Of a stretch of DNA of 64,000 nucleotides, positions 51,159-63,030 are shown piece by piece (position 1 is the stretch's first letter; each line of letters starts with the position of its first letter). The stretch comes from Marsupella aquatica (Eukaryota > Plantae > Marchantiophyta), in contig OZ316892.1 in assembly GCA_973895155.1 (NCBI GenBank), positions 5,860,476 through 5,924,475 on the forward strand, in the 5' to 3' direction. A program made the translations under genes and the position numbers. Below the pieces are notes generated by a model. The model did no database searches. It saw nothing but the letters and a program-made list of their open reading frames with translations, and was not told the DNA's origin.

Positions 51159-52212
51159 CCGTGCCCCAATCTTGGCGCAGACTTTGTGCACACATTCCAA
51201 CTCTTCAACCACCACAACATCATATTTGTGTGCACTTTCGTCAGTCATGTGTGCAAATCGTAGACGGACAGAACAGCGTCTCGAGTCTGATCGATATGAA
51301 AGTTGACTTGACTAGATATGGTGATATGTTTTACATATGTACACAAGATATGATTTAGAATATGTAGTAGAAATACATTCCCATCTAGTCGATCAGACTT
51401 ACAGCTGAAGGAAACCAAAGCTCTATTACTTGACAATGAGAATTAGAATGATGGAGAGTATTCCCATCTACAGATAGTCCATCAGACACACCGCTGAGGG
51501 ATAAGTCGATCGCAATGAGAATCAGTCACTCCGAATGTATGGCCTCTGTTCTCCATACACTGGTAGAGTTGTTCAAACAAAGCTTCATTTATCGCTGGAT
51601 ACCCAGGACGTCTTTACATATCCTTTGCAATCCACAAATCCTTAGAGGTCGAAGTAACGAGAGTTTTCAGCGTCTAGGCAGAAGGCGCTCAAAACCAGAA
51701 AGCAGAGTCTTCGCAGCTTAGATGTATCTTCAACTGCGTAGGCAACAATTGTACAGTCTTGATGACTGTAGTAGGGCGTCTCAAATACTCATTTTTTAGC
51801 GTTTTCACGGCGCCCGGGACAGTCACGGGTCGGACGTCCGGTCATGACTGGTCAGGCACCGCAAGCCTCGCCCGACCAGTCATGACCGGGAATTCCTACC
51901 CCCACGGGCGTCCGACCGCGCTTAACCTGACTCAGGGGTTTAGGGTTCACCCAGGCGTCACATTACCGCGCGATTCAATTTACAAAAAACCACAGGTAGT
52001 TTGACGCGAGCACGGAGTTTAGCTGCCATAGCAAGGTGCGCATACCAGGTCCATCGAGCTCGCAGATGTTTGATGACAGGGTCTGCGCTTCACATCTGTC
52101 ACATTGTTCACGCATGTACTCCATCGTTCACGCGGGTACTCCATCGTTCACGCAGGTACTCCATCGCTGCTGATTGAAGGTTGTCCATTTTGGTTTTGCA
52201 GCGTTCCAGGGC

Positions 52213-52866
52213 ATGGGCGACTCAACTCCCCTATCAGATGTGGAGGACGCTAGAGTCAGTGGGAAAATGGAGTCCTTCCCATCATGTGTAGTCTGGGCAG
52301 CAAACTATGTGGCGAGAAATCCATTCCCACGGAAGTTCACTTATTCAGCATGTACTGAGCCCCTGGAGCCTGGCCTCACTTGTAAGAAATCCTTGGAGTT
52401 TGGTATAAAATGTTCACATCCAGCACCTGGTGCGCCCAGGTTCCGTTTTCAGGTCATTCTCTTCGATGCTGTGAATGGTGGCTGCCCTCCACTCAAAGCT
52501 CTGATTTGGGACCAGGCTACTGTGCTGCTCAATATTCACCCAACGGCATTTAGTCTTTTAGATGAAGCTCAGCAAATAGTCCATGTCCACGCAGTTCTGC
52601 AAAAATCACCTAAATTGCGTGTGTGCCTATCAGTAAAGGACATGGAGCTGCACATTGACCGCCTTGCATTCGCCTTTGAAGGATCGTCAAGCAGCCCCTG
52701 TGTCTCTGTAGGTAAAAGCGTGGGATATTCGCCTCGCCAGGGTACACCTAAACAGTCTCAAATCCGGGAGTGCACGCCCACAAAGCAGAAGAGTGCCAAA
52801 AAAATACTTGCTGATTTGATAGAAGCTCTCAAAGACACTGACCTAGGTACAGGAGTAGATCAGTAG
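52213..52866 (+). CDS. RPA70 C-terminal (DBD-C)-like OB-fold/zinc-ribbon protein, ~217 aa
   Basis: FTYSAC..LTCKKSL..KCSH..PRFRFQVILFD...LIWDQATVLLNIHP..F resembles the Rep_fac-A_C pattern FxYxAC..CxKKV..C..C..RYxLxxxxxD.TG..F..AxxLLG. Intact frame. Confidence 0.6.
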   Translation: MGDSTPLSDVEDARVSGKMESFPSCVVWAANYVARNPFPRKFTYSACTEPLEPGLTCKKSLEFGIKCSHPAPGAPRFRFQVILFDAVNGGCPPLKALIWDQATVLLNIHPTAFSLLDEAQQIVHVHAVLQKSPKLRVCLSVKDMELHIDRLAFAFEGSSSSPCVSVGKSVGYSPRQGTPKQSQIRECTPTKQKSAKKILADLIEALKDTDLGTGVDQ

Positions 52867-53041
52867 CATATCCATAATATGTATTGACAGACAATTTTGA
52901 GTTTTTAACTCCCTCGTTTAATGCATACCTCTATCCGGAGATTTGTTTGTCACTTGTATTCACTTTTGTTTATTACATCACTCTGAATGTTGTTGTGCCC
53001 CATTGCCGTTGTACATTTTCCAGAACAGTACATCTGCCACT

Positions 53042-54582
53042 ATGCCTCGTGTTTCACAGCGCCAGAATCAATTGAGGGCATTCAGGTATTCACTCCAACT
53101 GTCTATTGCTTTGGAGTCCTCAGACTCTTCATCTGAGGCAGACTCGCTTGACATATCAGTGGGGTTCTTGGAAGAAAAGGACCAGGGCAATGTCGACCTT
53201 TTGTCAAGGTCAGAGTCTGACCTCACTATGGATTCAGATTTGCCTGACTCAGACAATGAAGATCCATGGACTGACGTAAATAACCCGACTTCCATGTTTG
53301 AGCTCTATTTTGTGTTATACAACACCAGATTTCTGGTCCCCAGGCATGTGACCACTAAGTCAGATGATTTTGCGTCTCAATTCTTCCACAACTTGCCCAC
53401 TACCTTGTTCAGGCAGCTTACCAGAATGGACAAGAGCACCTTTTTTGGCCTGGTTGACAAAATTGAATGCCACCCCATTTTTGAGAACCAGTCTAACCAT
53501 GCCCAGGCGCCCATCATTAGGCAGTTAGCAGTATGTCTGGACAGGCTGGGCCATGATGGCAATGGTGCTTGCCTCAATCATTTGATTCCAACTTGGGGAG
53601 TTAGTTGTGGCTCTCTTGTCAATTTTAGCAAGCGGTGCTTTGTGGCTCTAGAGGCAGTGCTTTCAGACCAAATTGCCTGGCCAGACAACACTGAGAGACA
53701 AGACAATTCAGAGGCATTTGCAGCTCTCGGCTTCCCAGGCTGTGTGGGGCTAATTGATGGTTCCCTCATGCCTCTCACTCAACGTCCAAAGGCACATGGA
53801 GAATGTTATTATGATAGGAAGAGTCGGTACTCCATCAACACCCAGGTTGTATGTGACCAAAGGCGCAAGATAATATTCATGTTCTCAAGTACAAGCTATG
53901 GTCCTCTCCATACACAATTTGTATCATGCTTGCAATGAATTTACTTTATAATTATAATCCAATGTGAATACTTATAAGGGTCCGTTTTCCCATGTCATAT
54001 GTTTCAGGAATGCCAGGGTCATGTGGTGACCTCACCTGCTTGAGGAGATCTCCCTTGTGGGAATATTGTAACCAGGTGGGCAGGAATGTAGTGTTCCATG
54101 AGGGGCAATATTTACTGGGCGACTCTGGGTACCAGGCCTGTCCCCATTTAGTGTGTTCCTTCAAACGGATAGACACTTCCATTAACAAAGAGGATTTCAA
54201 TACCTGTGTTGCCAAGTGTCGTGTGACAAATGAACACTGCACTGGAGTTCTGAAGTCTCGTTGGCATTCATTGAAAGAGATCAGGGTGCAGCTCAATAAC
54301 AAAAAAGACTCTGTTTGGATGGTGAGATGGATAAGCCTCTGTTGTAAATTGCATAACTATGTCATAAGTAATAACGATGAGTGGACAGAGGATGACCAAG
54401 TGGACGACCAGGAGGAAGTAGTGGATGCAACAGAGCACCCTGAGTATGAAGGACAGCCTAGGGCTAGTAGGCGAGCAACGTCCCAGGCTGGGAATGCCTT
54501 GCTAGTGCAAGTCATGGACTATGCATTGGCCTTTCATAGAGGCCCTGGGGGTTTTTGTCAGTTGCACCCGAGTGACAAATAA
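53042..54582 (+). CDS. PIF/Harbinger (HARBI1-like, DDE_Tnp_4) transposase; exons 53042-53888 and 54008-54582, ~473 aa
   Basis: Motifs: FRQLTRMDKSTF, QLAVCLDRLG, FPGCVGLIDGS (D), YYDRKSRYSINTQVVCD, MPGSCGD, YLLGDSGY (D), RVTNEHCTGVLKSRW (E), CCKLHNY. One phase-1 GT-AG intron. Triad intact. Confidence 0.92.
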
Positions 54583-55876
54583 AGGTTGTACGTATTTACT
54601 CAACCAAGTCCGAGCCCTTCTCCCTCTGTTTGACGCTAGTATGTGTGACTTAAAACTTTGGGCCAATTTAGGGTTTTGTGTGATGCAAAACATGTTGTTT
54701 ACTTTTGCTTGGCTCCATTGCTGCAGGTGTGAACATAGCATTTGGTGTGCTCTTCACATTGTCAACCATTCTAGCTTGATCGATAATCGTTTGGCGAGAG
54801 TGAACAATGCAGAATCAAAAGATTTGGCTTGTAGGGAGGGGGGTGACAGATGCCTCGATGTGGATTGCACTACGAGGCTTTCCGACATGGCCATCTGGGC
54901 CTCGTGCGACCTTCCAGCTGCTTCATGGCAAAGTGGAAAATTTTGACCCTTCATTCGCAGGCGTGCAAGTCCTGGAAGTGGCAACACAGCTAGCCCTAAT
55001 GTATCTTGAGGCAGTCTTATTCGGGAGGGAGGAAGTGTCACATGTGGATGACATTGCTATGCCTGATCTACCTATCATTAACGAGGACTTTGGTGCAGAG
55101 ACAAAGAGCACGGTGACAACTGTGTCTGCTGCTGCCGGGGAGGTGGATACAGCCGAGGTTTCTTCGGCAGAGTGTTCACAGGACAAAGGAGCTCCCTTGC
55201 ATTTTGGTCATCGCTAGGGGACCTTCACAATTGCAAATGGACCTTCACAATTCCGCATAGATGTTTACCTACATAGTCGGTATAAGTTAGCATTTTGTGA
55301 GATTAGCATCGAAGAGGGATTACCGGTGCTGTACCAACATTCTAACTTAGAGGAATAGAGGAGTAGGCAGACCAAACTTTGGGCCAATTTTCCCTCTTGG
55401 CAATTGGATGCCTCCAACTCCAATGTAATTTTGCGAACCTATGTTCAAGCGCATAATGATACATTTTTCACTCGGTGTGACTCACACTTTCTTGTCTGAA
55501 CTCTGTCAATAGAGTGTGAACCGTTGCACATGCTTTATCTTGAATGTCGGTATCTTTTATTACAAAATTGCGCGAGATAATAACAAGTATGTTGTGAGCC
55601 ATCGCGCGTACTACCTTGCGAAGCTCATGAAACATGTGGGATGTGACAAGCCAGACAGCCCTGTCGCCTTGACAAGACCTGTGCCATTGACAAGACCTGC
55701 CGAGCACCAATTCCGTGAACTTCCAATTGGTAGGCTGAGTAGTACATGTGTCCTTGCAATAAACCTTGCAATTGGACTTCAATTCAAGGTATGCAGTAAA
55801 TAAACGTGTTTGCCAAAAGCTTTGGTGAAACCCACAGACACATTTTATTTATGAAGTATGGGCTTACATTGGCATA

Positions 55877-56727
55877 CTAAGGGCTTAGAGAATCTGGGAC
55901 AGCATCGAACCCAGCTTGAGAGTGGATAATGCCCATCATATGCTTAAAGTGGGTTGGGGATCCATTTTGCTTGATCACCTCTGTGAGCAGCACAGTTGAT
56001 TGTTGGGCTTTAATAATTGCTAGTTGATGCTTCAAATCAATTCTAGCTCGCTTTTCATCCTGTTTTCGCTGAATGCGTTCCCTTTTTGCCAATTCAGCAG
56101 ATTGGGTATCAAGTAAGACCTTCTGTCTGAATGCCTCTAATTCTCTAGCCTCTTTGCGGTCAGCTATTTCCTGTGCCCGCCACCTATCCTTGGCATCAAT
56201 CAATTGAATCTGGAAAGCATTCTTGTCTTGCAATTTTTCAGCATATACCTCGGCGAGATTGGGCCTGGAAGAGGCTTGTGTGTTTGCAGGCCTCTTTCCC
56301 TGTCGGGGTCGTTGAGTGCCGCGTTCAGCTGTGACGGTTGGATGAGCAGACGTTGTGTCCCTGCTTCTACCTGGCGTTCGTGTGTGCGTGGATGCCGGAG
56401 TTGATGCTGGAGTTGGTTCTTCAACAGTAGGCTGGGATGTATTATCAGTTGGCGTTGGAGGCTGCGATTGTTCAGGTGGAGTTTGAGGGAGCGAGTCTTC
56501 AACATCAGCATCGCTGTTGCCGGTAGTAGGGCGGGTAGCCGCCTCAAGATCATCATCGGTAAAAGTTTGAGCGAAGTCAAACTCAGTGTCGACTGCTGCA
56601 GCAAAGAGTTGAACCCATTAGCAGTGCTCATAAGCAAGACACTAAATTGAGGTGAGAATGATAGTGCACATGGTAGGAAGAAGCAAGATGTCAACAGGTA
56701 TGACTTTACTTGGTTCGTTCACATCTC
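55877..56727 (-). pseudogene. 3' part of a Harbinger ORF1-like protein (disordered linker plus coiled-coil C-terminus); N-terminus missing
   Basis: Open last exon 56595-55877 (DTEFDFAQ..TPPEQSQPPTP..QEIADRKEARELE..). A phase-1 intron 56709-56596 links to an 18-nt exon stub 56727-56710 that stops abruptly at GGGGGTCTC. Orientation is convergent with the transposase. Confidence 0.55.
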
Positions 56728-57261
56728 GGGGGTCTCACTTCGCGAAAATCTCATATCACGTGCGACTAAGTATAGGGTCCGTTAATTGGGTTTCTCGGAA
56801 GACTTAAGAAGATTTGTGTAAGAACAATAGGGTCGACTTTATATGTTGGACAACTTATAAGAACAATAGGGATATTAATATTTTTGACTATGTAGATGGA
56901 AGGCATACAAGGAAGTTAGGGGGTCCTTGAATCGGACTATGTAAATTACATGTGTCACTATATCATTGGTACACATGGCACACATAACATTCCCAATATA
57001 TTTTCCTAAGTCATGTTTAAAATGGCAAGAATTTGAGAATGATTTAAGTGGGTCTGGTTTTTTGGGGACTCATGTTTAGGGTTTGACCGGGATTAAGTTT
57101 GAATTGTTCCGTTAACATGTCTCGTTTCCCTCAATTGGCCCTTGTCAGTCTCCTCCCGTGTGGTTTCCCTCCACTATCCCTTTGGCCCCACCCGTTGTTT
57201 GGGACGAGAGACTTTTTTTTGTACCTTGCAGCAAATGGTGTAAACGGGGGTCTAAACGAGT

Positions 57262-57940
57262 GTGCTGCTGCTTGGAGCGAAGAAGGATCGAGAGAGAGTC
57301 AGTGTTGTGACCTTGGATGCGAGTGAAGAAGGATCGAGCGAGAGTGTTGTGCTCTCGCCTGCGCTGCTGCTACGGCTGCTTGGAGTGAAGGATGAAGTGC
57401 CAACATTTCTAGGCTGCACTGCTACTCGCGAAGGATTGAGCGAGAGTTGTCAGCTGCGCCTTGGAGTGAAGGGGAGATCCGCAAAGGATTGAGCGAGAGT
57501 TGTCAGCTGCGCCTTGGAGTGAAGGGGAGATCGAGAATGAGTGTTGCGCTCTTGGCTGCGCTACTGTCGCTGCTACTTGAAGTGAAGGATTTTGAAGAGT
57601 TATCGGCTGCGCCTTCGAGTGAAGGGGAGAGCGAGAGTGTTGCGCTCTTGGCTGCGCTGCTGCCGCTGCTGCTTGACGTGAAGGATCAACCAAGTGTTCT
57701 CGGCTGCGCGCTGCTACTTGGAGTGAAGGATTGAGGTCATGCTTGGCTTCGTTGCTGCTTAGAGTGAAGGGGAGAGCGAGAGTTCTCAACTGCGCTGTTG
57801 CTTAGAGTGAAGGGGAGAGCAAGACTTCTCGGCTGCGCTGCTACTTGGAGTGAACCCGGGAGTGAAGGATCAAGTGAGAGTGTTGCACTCTCGGCTGCGC
57901 TGCTTGGAGTGAATGATCGGGCGAGAGTGTTGCGCTGCAA
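57262..57940. repeat. Degenerate GC-rich minisatellite
   Basis: Many copies of (GGCTGCGCTGCT.C)TTGGAGTGAAGG..GAGCGAGAGTGTTG. Followed by TTGTACATTTGGG x3-4 (58037-58110) and duplications at 58237-58300 and 58626-58720. Confidence 0.85.
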
Positions 57941-58745
57941 GGTTGGAGTGTATAGATCAGTCTATTCATTAAAACTGGAAAATTCTTTGATCTTTGGACA
58001 TTTAGGCACCAAAAAATATATATTTGGGCACAAGAATTGTACATTTGGGCAGTGGGAGTTGTACATTTGGGCACCAGATGTTGTACATTTGGGGGATCAA
58101 GATTGTACATAGGAGAAAATGAAATATTAATTTGGATTCTAAAGAAAAACATTTGGGTGATAATAATGTAAAATATGTTGGATAAGAAGTAGAATTTACT
58201 TACATTGATTCAATTTGACTAATAGAATATAAGTGTCTAGTAAAGCTTCAATATGATCTCTACCCATATAACTAGTAAAGCTTCAATATGATCTCTACCC
58301 TTAGCTAGCTAAATTAACCTTCTACTTAGGGTTTAGTTTAAATATCCATTCAGACAAGTAATTTGTTAGTACATTCTAAGCAACTCGAGTTGAAACTAAG
58401 GTTTACTAGACAGTATTAAGAGTCACTCACATCCTATCATAGATATTAAGACTTCATGTAATATATAGTCTGTATTGATATAATAATTAATTGAAGCAAT
58501 TATAAAGGTATCCAAGTCCAATTACCTCCACCTATTCAAACTAGTATCCCAAAATATTATAATAATTAGTTCCTTAAATAGATATACTAGTACTTAGTAC
58601 TAACCAACACTCAGTAAGTACTAAAGACATGTCTGATTCCAAACTAATTGACATAGACTCCCTCACTCTGACATGTCTAATTCCAAACTAATTGACATAC
58701 TAGACTCCCTCACTCTGACAGAGTGACTACTAAAAAACATTTGAC

Positions 58746-61700
58746 TTACTCAACAATCTCTTCCATGTAGGTTTTGAGTGTTTTCAAAACATTCTTGGGA
58801 ATGGTCAAACCTCTATCAATTATATTTTCTTCTCTAGAGCGTGACTTGAATCCATACATAGTAGAATTAGCAAATTGCCAACGTTCAGTGGCACTGTCAA
58901 ACCCAGGATCCACCTCCCAAGTCTTAGTGGTCTGAAAGCAACGTGAATATCGCACATGATCCGGTGCATCATGCTTACCATGTTTAGGCCTCCACCATTG
59001 CACTTGGAACATAGGAGCATATCGTGTACTAGTAGGAGAATTCTCATTGCATTGCAAGTCTCCTGAAGGAACCTCATGGTTTGGGTCCACAACACCCAAA
59101 GCTCTCACCAACCAGAAATGTTCTTTCCCATTCTTCCTTTCCCATTCATCCTCTGGACGGAGAAATACAAAGTGACCCTCTTGAATATCCTGCAAAGGAA
59201 TCCAACGTGCAAGTTCTCGCTCGTGTCGAGCACCAACAAATGTTGCAGCTTGATCCTCCATCTCTTCCAGGTACTCATTCTGAAGCTCCACCATTTGTGG
59301 ATTCTGTGTACTACTACTAGGCTCCCCCAATGGTTCAGAGGTTCCTGTACTATTAACCTTGTAACCAGTTTCGTGGTTGGTTTTTGGCCAGAATTCATAT
59401 GTCAATGCTAACTGTATTTCTGCCTCCCCTTCAATTGTAAGCTCCCCAGATAATACTTGCACCACCATCTCTCAATATTTCACCAAAGGAAACCGCTCAC
59501 GATATGCTGTAGAGGTCTCATCCTTACAGCTCTTCTTCAAAAACTCAATGTAACGATTAAGGAATGGGATGATTTCTTCAACCTTGCCTCGTACATCCCC
59601 GGAGATGGGTTTTGCAAACGGTTGACCTTTTGGTAAAATGAGAGCATTGGTGCTGGAATCAGTTCTCCAAATGGACCTTCCGGTTGGAGGGTACCAAGGT
59701 TGTTTCACATGTGCTTTGTATTGATATATTGGAACATTATCTCTCATAGAGAAAAGAAATGCCACTGGTTTTGAGTGACCCTCTATGTCTTTTACCTTGA
59801 AAGTTTTCAAAAACTCTTTGTAAGCTGCAACCTCTTGGATCAACCGTGGCACAGGATGAATGCTTTCACACTCCCAAACCTCAGCCATCAACCCCAAGAG
59901 GGTAGAAACCTCCTTGTACTTCACTTGGTTGGATACTTTTGAAAACAATGCATCGACATCCTCATGGGTGTGACCAACCATGAGAAACGACATCTGCACT
60001 GTTTCAAAAACCCCTCTACTAACAAGCTCACTGCAAAATGCCATCACGTACTGGTTTTTGTTATCTTTCCCTGAATTATCCATTTGCAAGGTCAGGTGCC
60101 TTGGCAATGATTTGAAAGAGGTAGACGTAGCCTTGGGATCAACACCAAAGTCGTCTTGGTCATCTTCAGCTCCTTGAAATCTAGCAATTGAGACTTTTTT
60201 GGGTTCTAAGTAACCTGCGAGAAATGCTTCAAAGTCCAAAAGAGATTGAAAAATTGGCCTCGTTGCAGCCCAATATAATCCTTCAAGGAGGTCTCCATAT
60301 TTGTCCCCCTTGTAATCCTCCAGATCTCTAAGGCACTTGGCCAATGATGTCACTGTGAAGTCTGCATCTCCTGGGCAAAGCCCAGTAAAACTAAGTGAGC
60401 ATACACTCCGGGATCCCTTCCATGGGTCAACATCCCAGTGAGCGCAATGGGGAGCGGTTGACCACTACCAGACAATGATTTAGGAGTGGGGACCAACCTA
60501 GGGATCCATGTCTTGGCCTGGTCCATCTTGTCATGTATAATGCAAAGATAGTTCTCAGGATCCTTCTTCGCAAGAACCCTATGAGCATAGTAAACATATC
60601 TCCTAGACATTTGCTCACGAAGAAGGCGAGCTCTTCTTTCCTCAATCTCTAAACGCTCTTTCTTTCTCTTCTCCCGCATCAACTGATCTTTGAACTCAGT
60701 GCAAAGTGTACACTTTGCAAATGCACTTCCCTTGTGAAAGTCAAAATTCATGAAGGACTCACTCCAGAGTTTATACATAGTGTTTTCACTCACCTTCACG
60801 TAGCCATCTAATTCCATTTTTGAGTATACCTCCTCAAAAATCTCTTTCTTTGTGAAACAAGATGGAAGTCTGTACTCAACCGTGTCAGTCCCGTGAGACC
60901 CTCCATAGGGACGATGCGGCATGGGTTCTCCGTTTTGGGTTAGAATGGACTCCAACAAAGCACGAGCATGCAAGGTGCTTCCCCGTGTCTTGTGTGAACC
61001 CTTGTTTCCGTGGAATCCAACCGTGCAACCTGCTTCATATTGATTTTTGTAATCATAATACTTGGCAATGCTGAATCCATGCATTTTAATAAATGCACCC
61101 TTGCAAACAAGTCTACTTCTTACAACAAAATATCCTTTTGTCTCCACTTCCTTCTCCCTACAGCCAAAAAGAGTGAGAATGTGACTGGTTTTGTTGTCGC
61201 TTGACATCCCATGGTATTCCCTCCTTATCTCCTGTAGGTCTTCTCTCGGCATGCTGAGGCAACACTTCAACTTACAACAACCTTCTCTTTGGATGGAGTC
61301 GATTTCCTCCTCTGTGATTTTCAGTATCGCCCGAGACTCCAAGTGCTTCTTCCTTTTTTCATCTGGGTTGACCTTCGTTCTCTTGATGAAATTATACGGG
61401 CGCTTCAAAAACTCAGTGTCACCTTTCATATCTACCTCTAGATGATCTCGACCATCAATAATTGGTTTCGGAGAAACCTCTTCAATGAGATCCAGAAGAA
61501 AAATACCCCTTGATATCAGCAAAAGTGAACGGACGGCCCACCTAACAAGACCAGGCACTCATGGGGAGATATTTGGGAAAAATAGAGGGTCAATCACGCG
61601 TGTGACAGCAACCCCAACGTGATCTGGTCCAAGAACATCATCATCAATTGCACCTGACTCGAAAGGAACTGTGATGATGCCAACCCCGACTTTGGTCCGA

Positions 61701-62434
61701 TTATCCTCAGCATACAATTCCACCTCCTCGGTCATCCAATTAGAACGCAAACTATAATCCTTGAAATTATAATTTGAAAAAACATCCTGTCTGGACAGGT
61801 TGTTTAGCATATCCCGGGAAGAACTCCTCCGAGTAACATCCTTTAAATTCCACAATACAAAAGTATCCAATGCTTCCTAAACGGTATCGGCTCCATTGTG
61901 AGGAAAGGGTAACCTCTCCCTTCCTTGAAAAACTTCACATATTTTCACACTAATCCTAGAAGTGCCAAGTCTTTCATTGTGACATGTCTCATCGGGATTC
62001 GTCTTGAACACAAATCCACGAGCCACAATCTGATTGCCGATCCAGACCTCGACTTCATCGCCAGATACAATCGAGTCTCCAAAACTTTCCACCGACGATT
62101 TCTCTGGTACAAAACCCGGAACCGTATCCTTTGTAGAACAGGAGGCATCCATTTTCGTTGTCGCTGGAGTTGACTGTGACTTCAAATATGCAAAAGGGGC
62201 ATCCCAAATAATGCAAGAGTCGACAGCATCAAACAGGGTCCTGATCGGCTGCAAAGGGTAAGGAATTTCCCGTGATCCCTCATAGCACTTCTCAATGAGA
62301 ACTCCTATACGATTACTTCCCAAATCAACATTACGCACTGAGTCACCCGGGTCAACCTTGAGGACCGTCCCGCAAGCAACTTCCACTCCGTCGATTACGA
62401 GGCACACCTTGTCCCCTCGAGAGAAACTCCCCAT
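58746..62434 (-). pseudogene. Sola-like (DUF7869-type) DDD transposase, ~1230 aa, with 3 in-frame stops and 1 frameshift
   Basis: Five track ORFs join into one frame: stops at 61877, 61559 and 59472, and a 1-nt frameshift at ~60393 restoring H(F)SFTGLCPGDADFTVTSLAKCL. Motifs FAKCTLC, IIHDKMDQAK, LTLQMDNSGKDNKN and FLMVGHTHEDVDALFS. Confidence 0.8.
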
Positions 62435-62467
62435 TTTGAAAACGTGGCCCAAACCGTTGGATGTAGT

Positions 62468-63030
62468 TACCTCGAGATGATCTCGAGGTAAAGTGACTAC
62501 AAAAACCCAAGTGTAGAAGTTTATCCCACAAAATTGTGTGATAGAGAAAATAAGAAGCTCTTCTACCTCTAGACGATCTCGAGGTAGAAGAGGGACAAAA
62601 ACACCAATACGTCAAAATTCAGAAGTATTTAGCTCGAGACGATCTCGAGGTAGAAGAGGGACCAAAACAACCAATATGTAAAAATTCAGAAGTATTTAGC
62701 TCGAGACGATCTCGAGGTAGAAAAGGGACCAAAAACACCAATATGTAAAAATTCAGAAGTATTTAGCTCGAGACGATCTCGAGGTAAAATATGAATCTCA
62801 CTGAATATCGAACTAAGATTCTATACCTCCGACACTCTAAAAACATTTATTATAAGAAGGAAAACCAAATGCACCATTAGAAAGAAGGAGAAAGTGAATA
62901 AGTTTGAGGACCAAACTTATGACTCGAGATGATCTCGAGCCAAAAAGGACATTGTATTTGACAAAGAAACTATTAGGAATAATAAGCCACCCAAAATAAG
63001 AACATATAAATGGCTCTAGATGATCTAGAG
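62468..63030. repeat. Palindromic iterons, partly within a 67-bp tandem repeat x3, upstream of the transposase
   Basis: TACCTCGAGAT-G-ATCTCGAGGTA (62468-62490) is a perfect palindrome. Variants at 62564, 62633, 62700, 62767, 62923 and 63014. Confidence 0.9.

Larger units (their letters stand above)
51774..56727. mobile_element. PIF/Harbinger DNA transposon (left part), apparently interrupted at 56727
   Basis: Harbinger transposase plus a convergent ORF1-like gene. Candidate left TIR GGGCGTCTCAAA at 51774 after GTA. Subterminal 16-bp inverted repeat 51838-51853 / 51874-51889. No matching right TIR found in the window. Confidence 0.7.

Noticed and set aside
57262-58152. Ala/Leu/Ser-rich ORFs on both strands
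   Set aside because: Artefacts of the GC-rich minisatellite.
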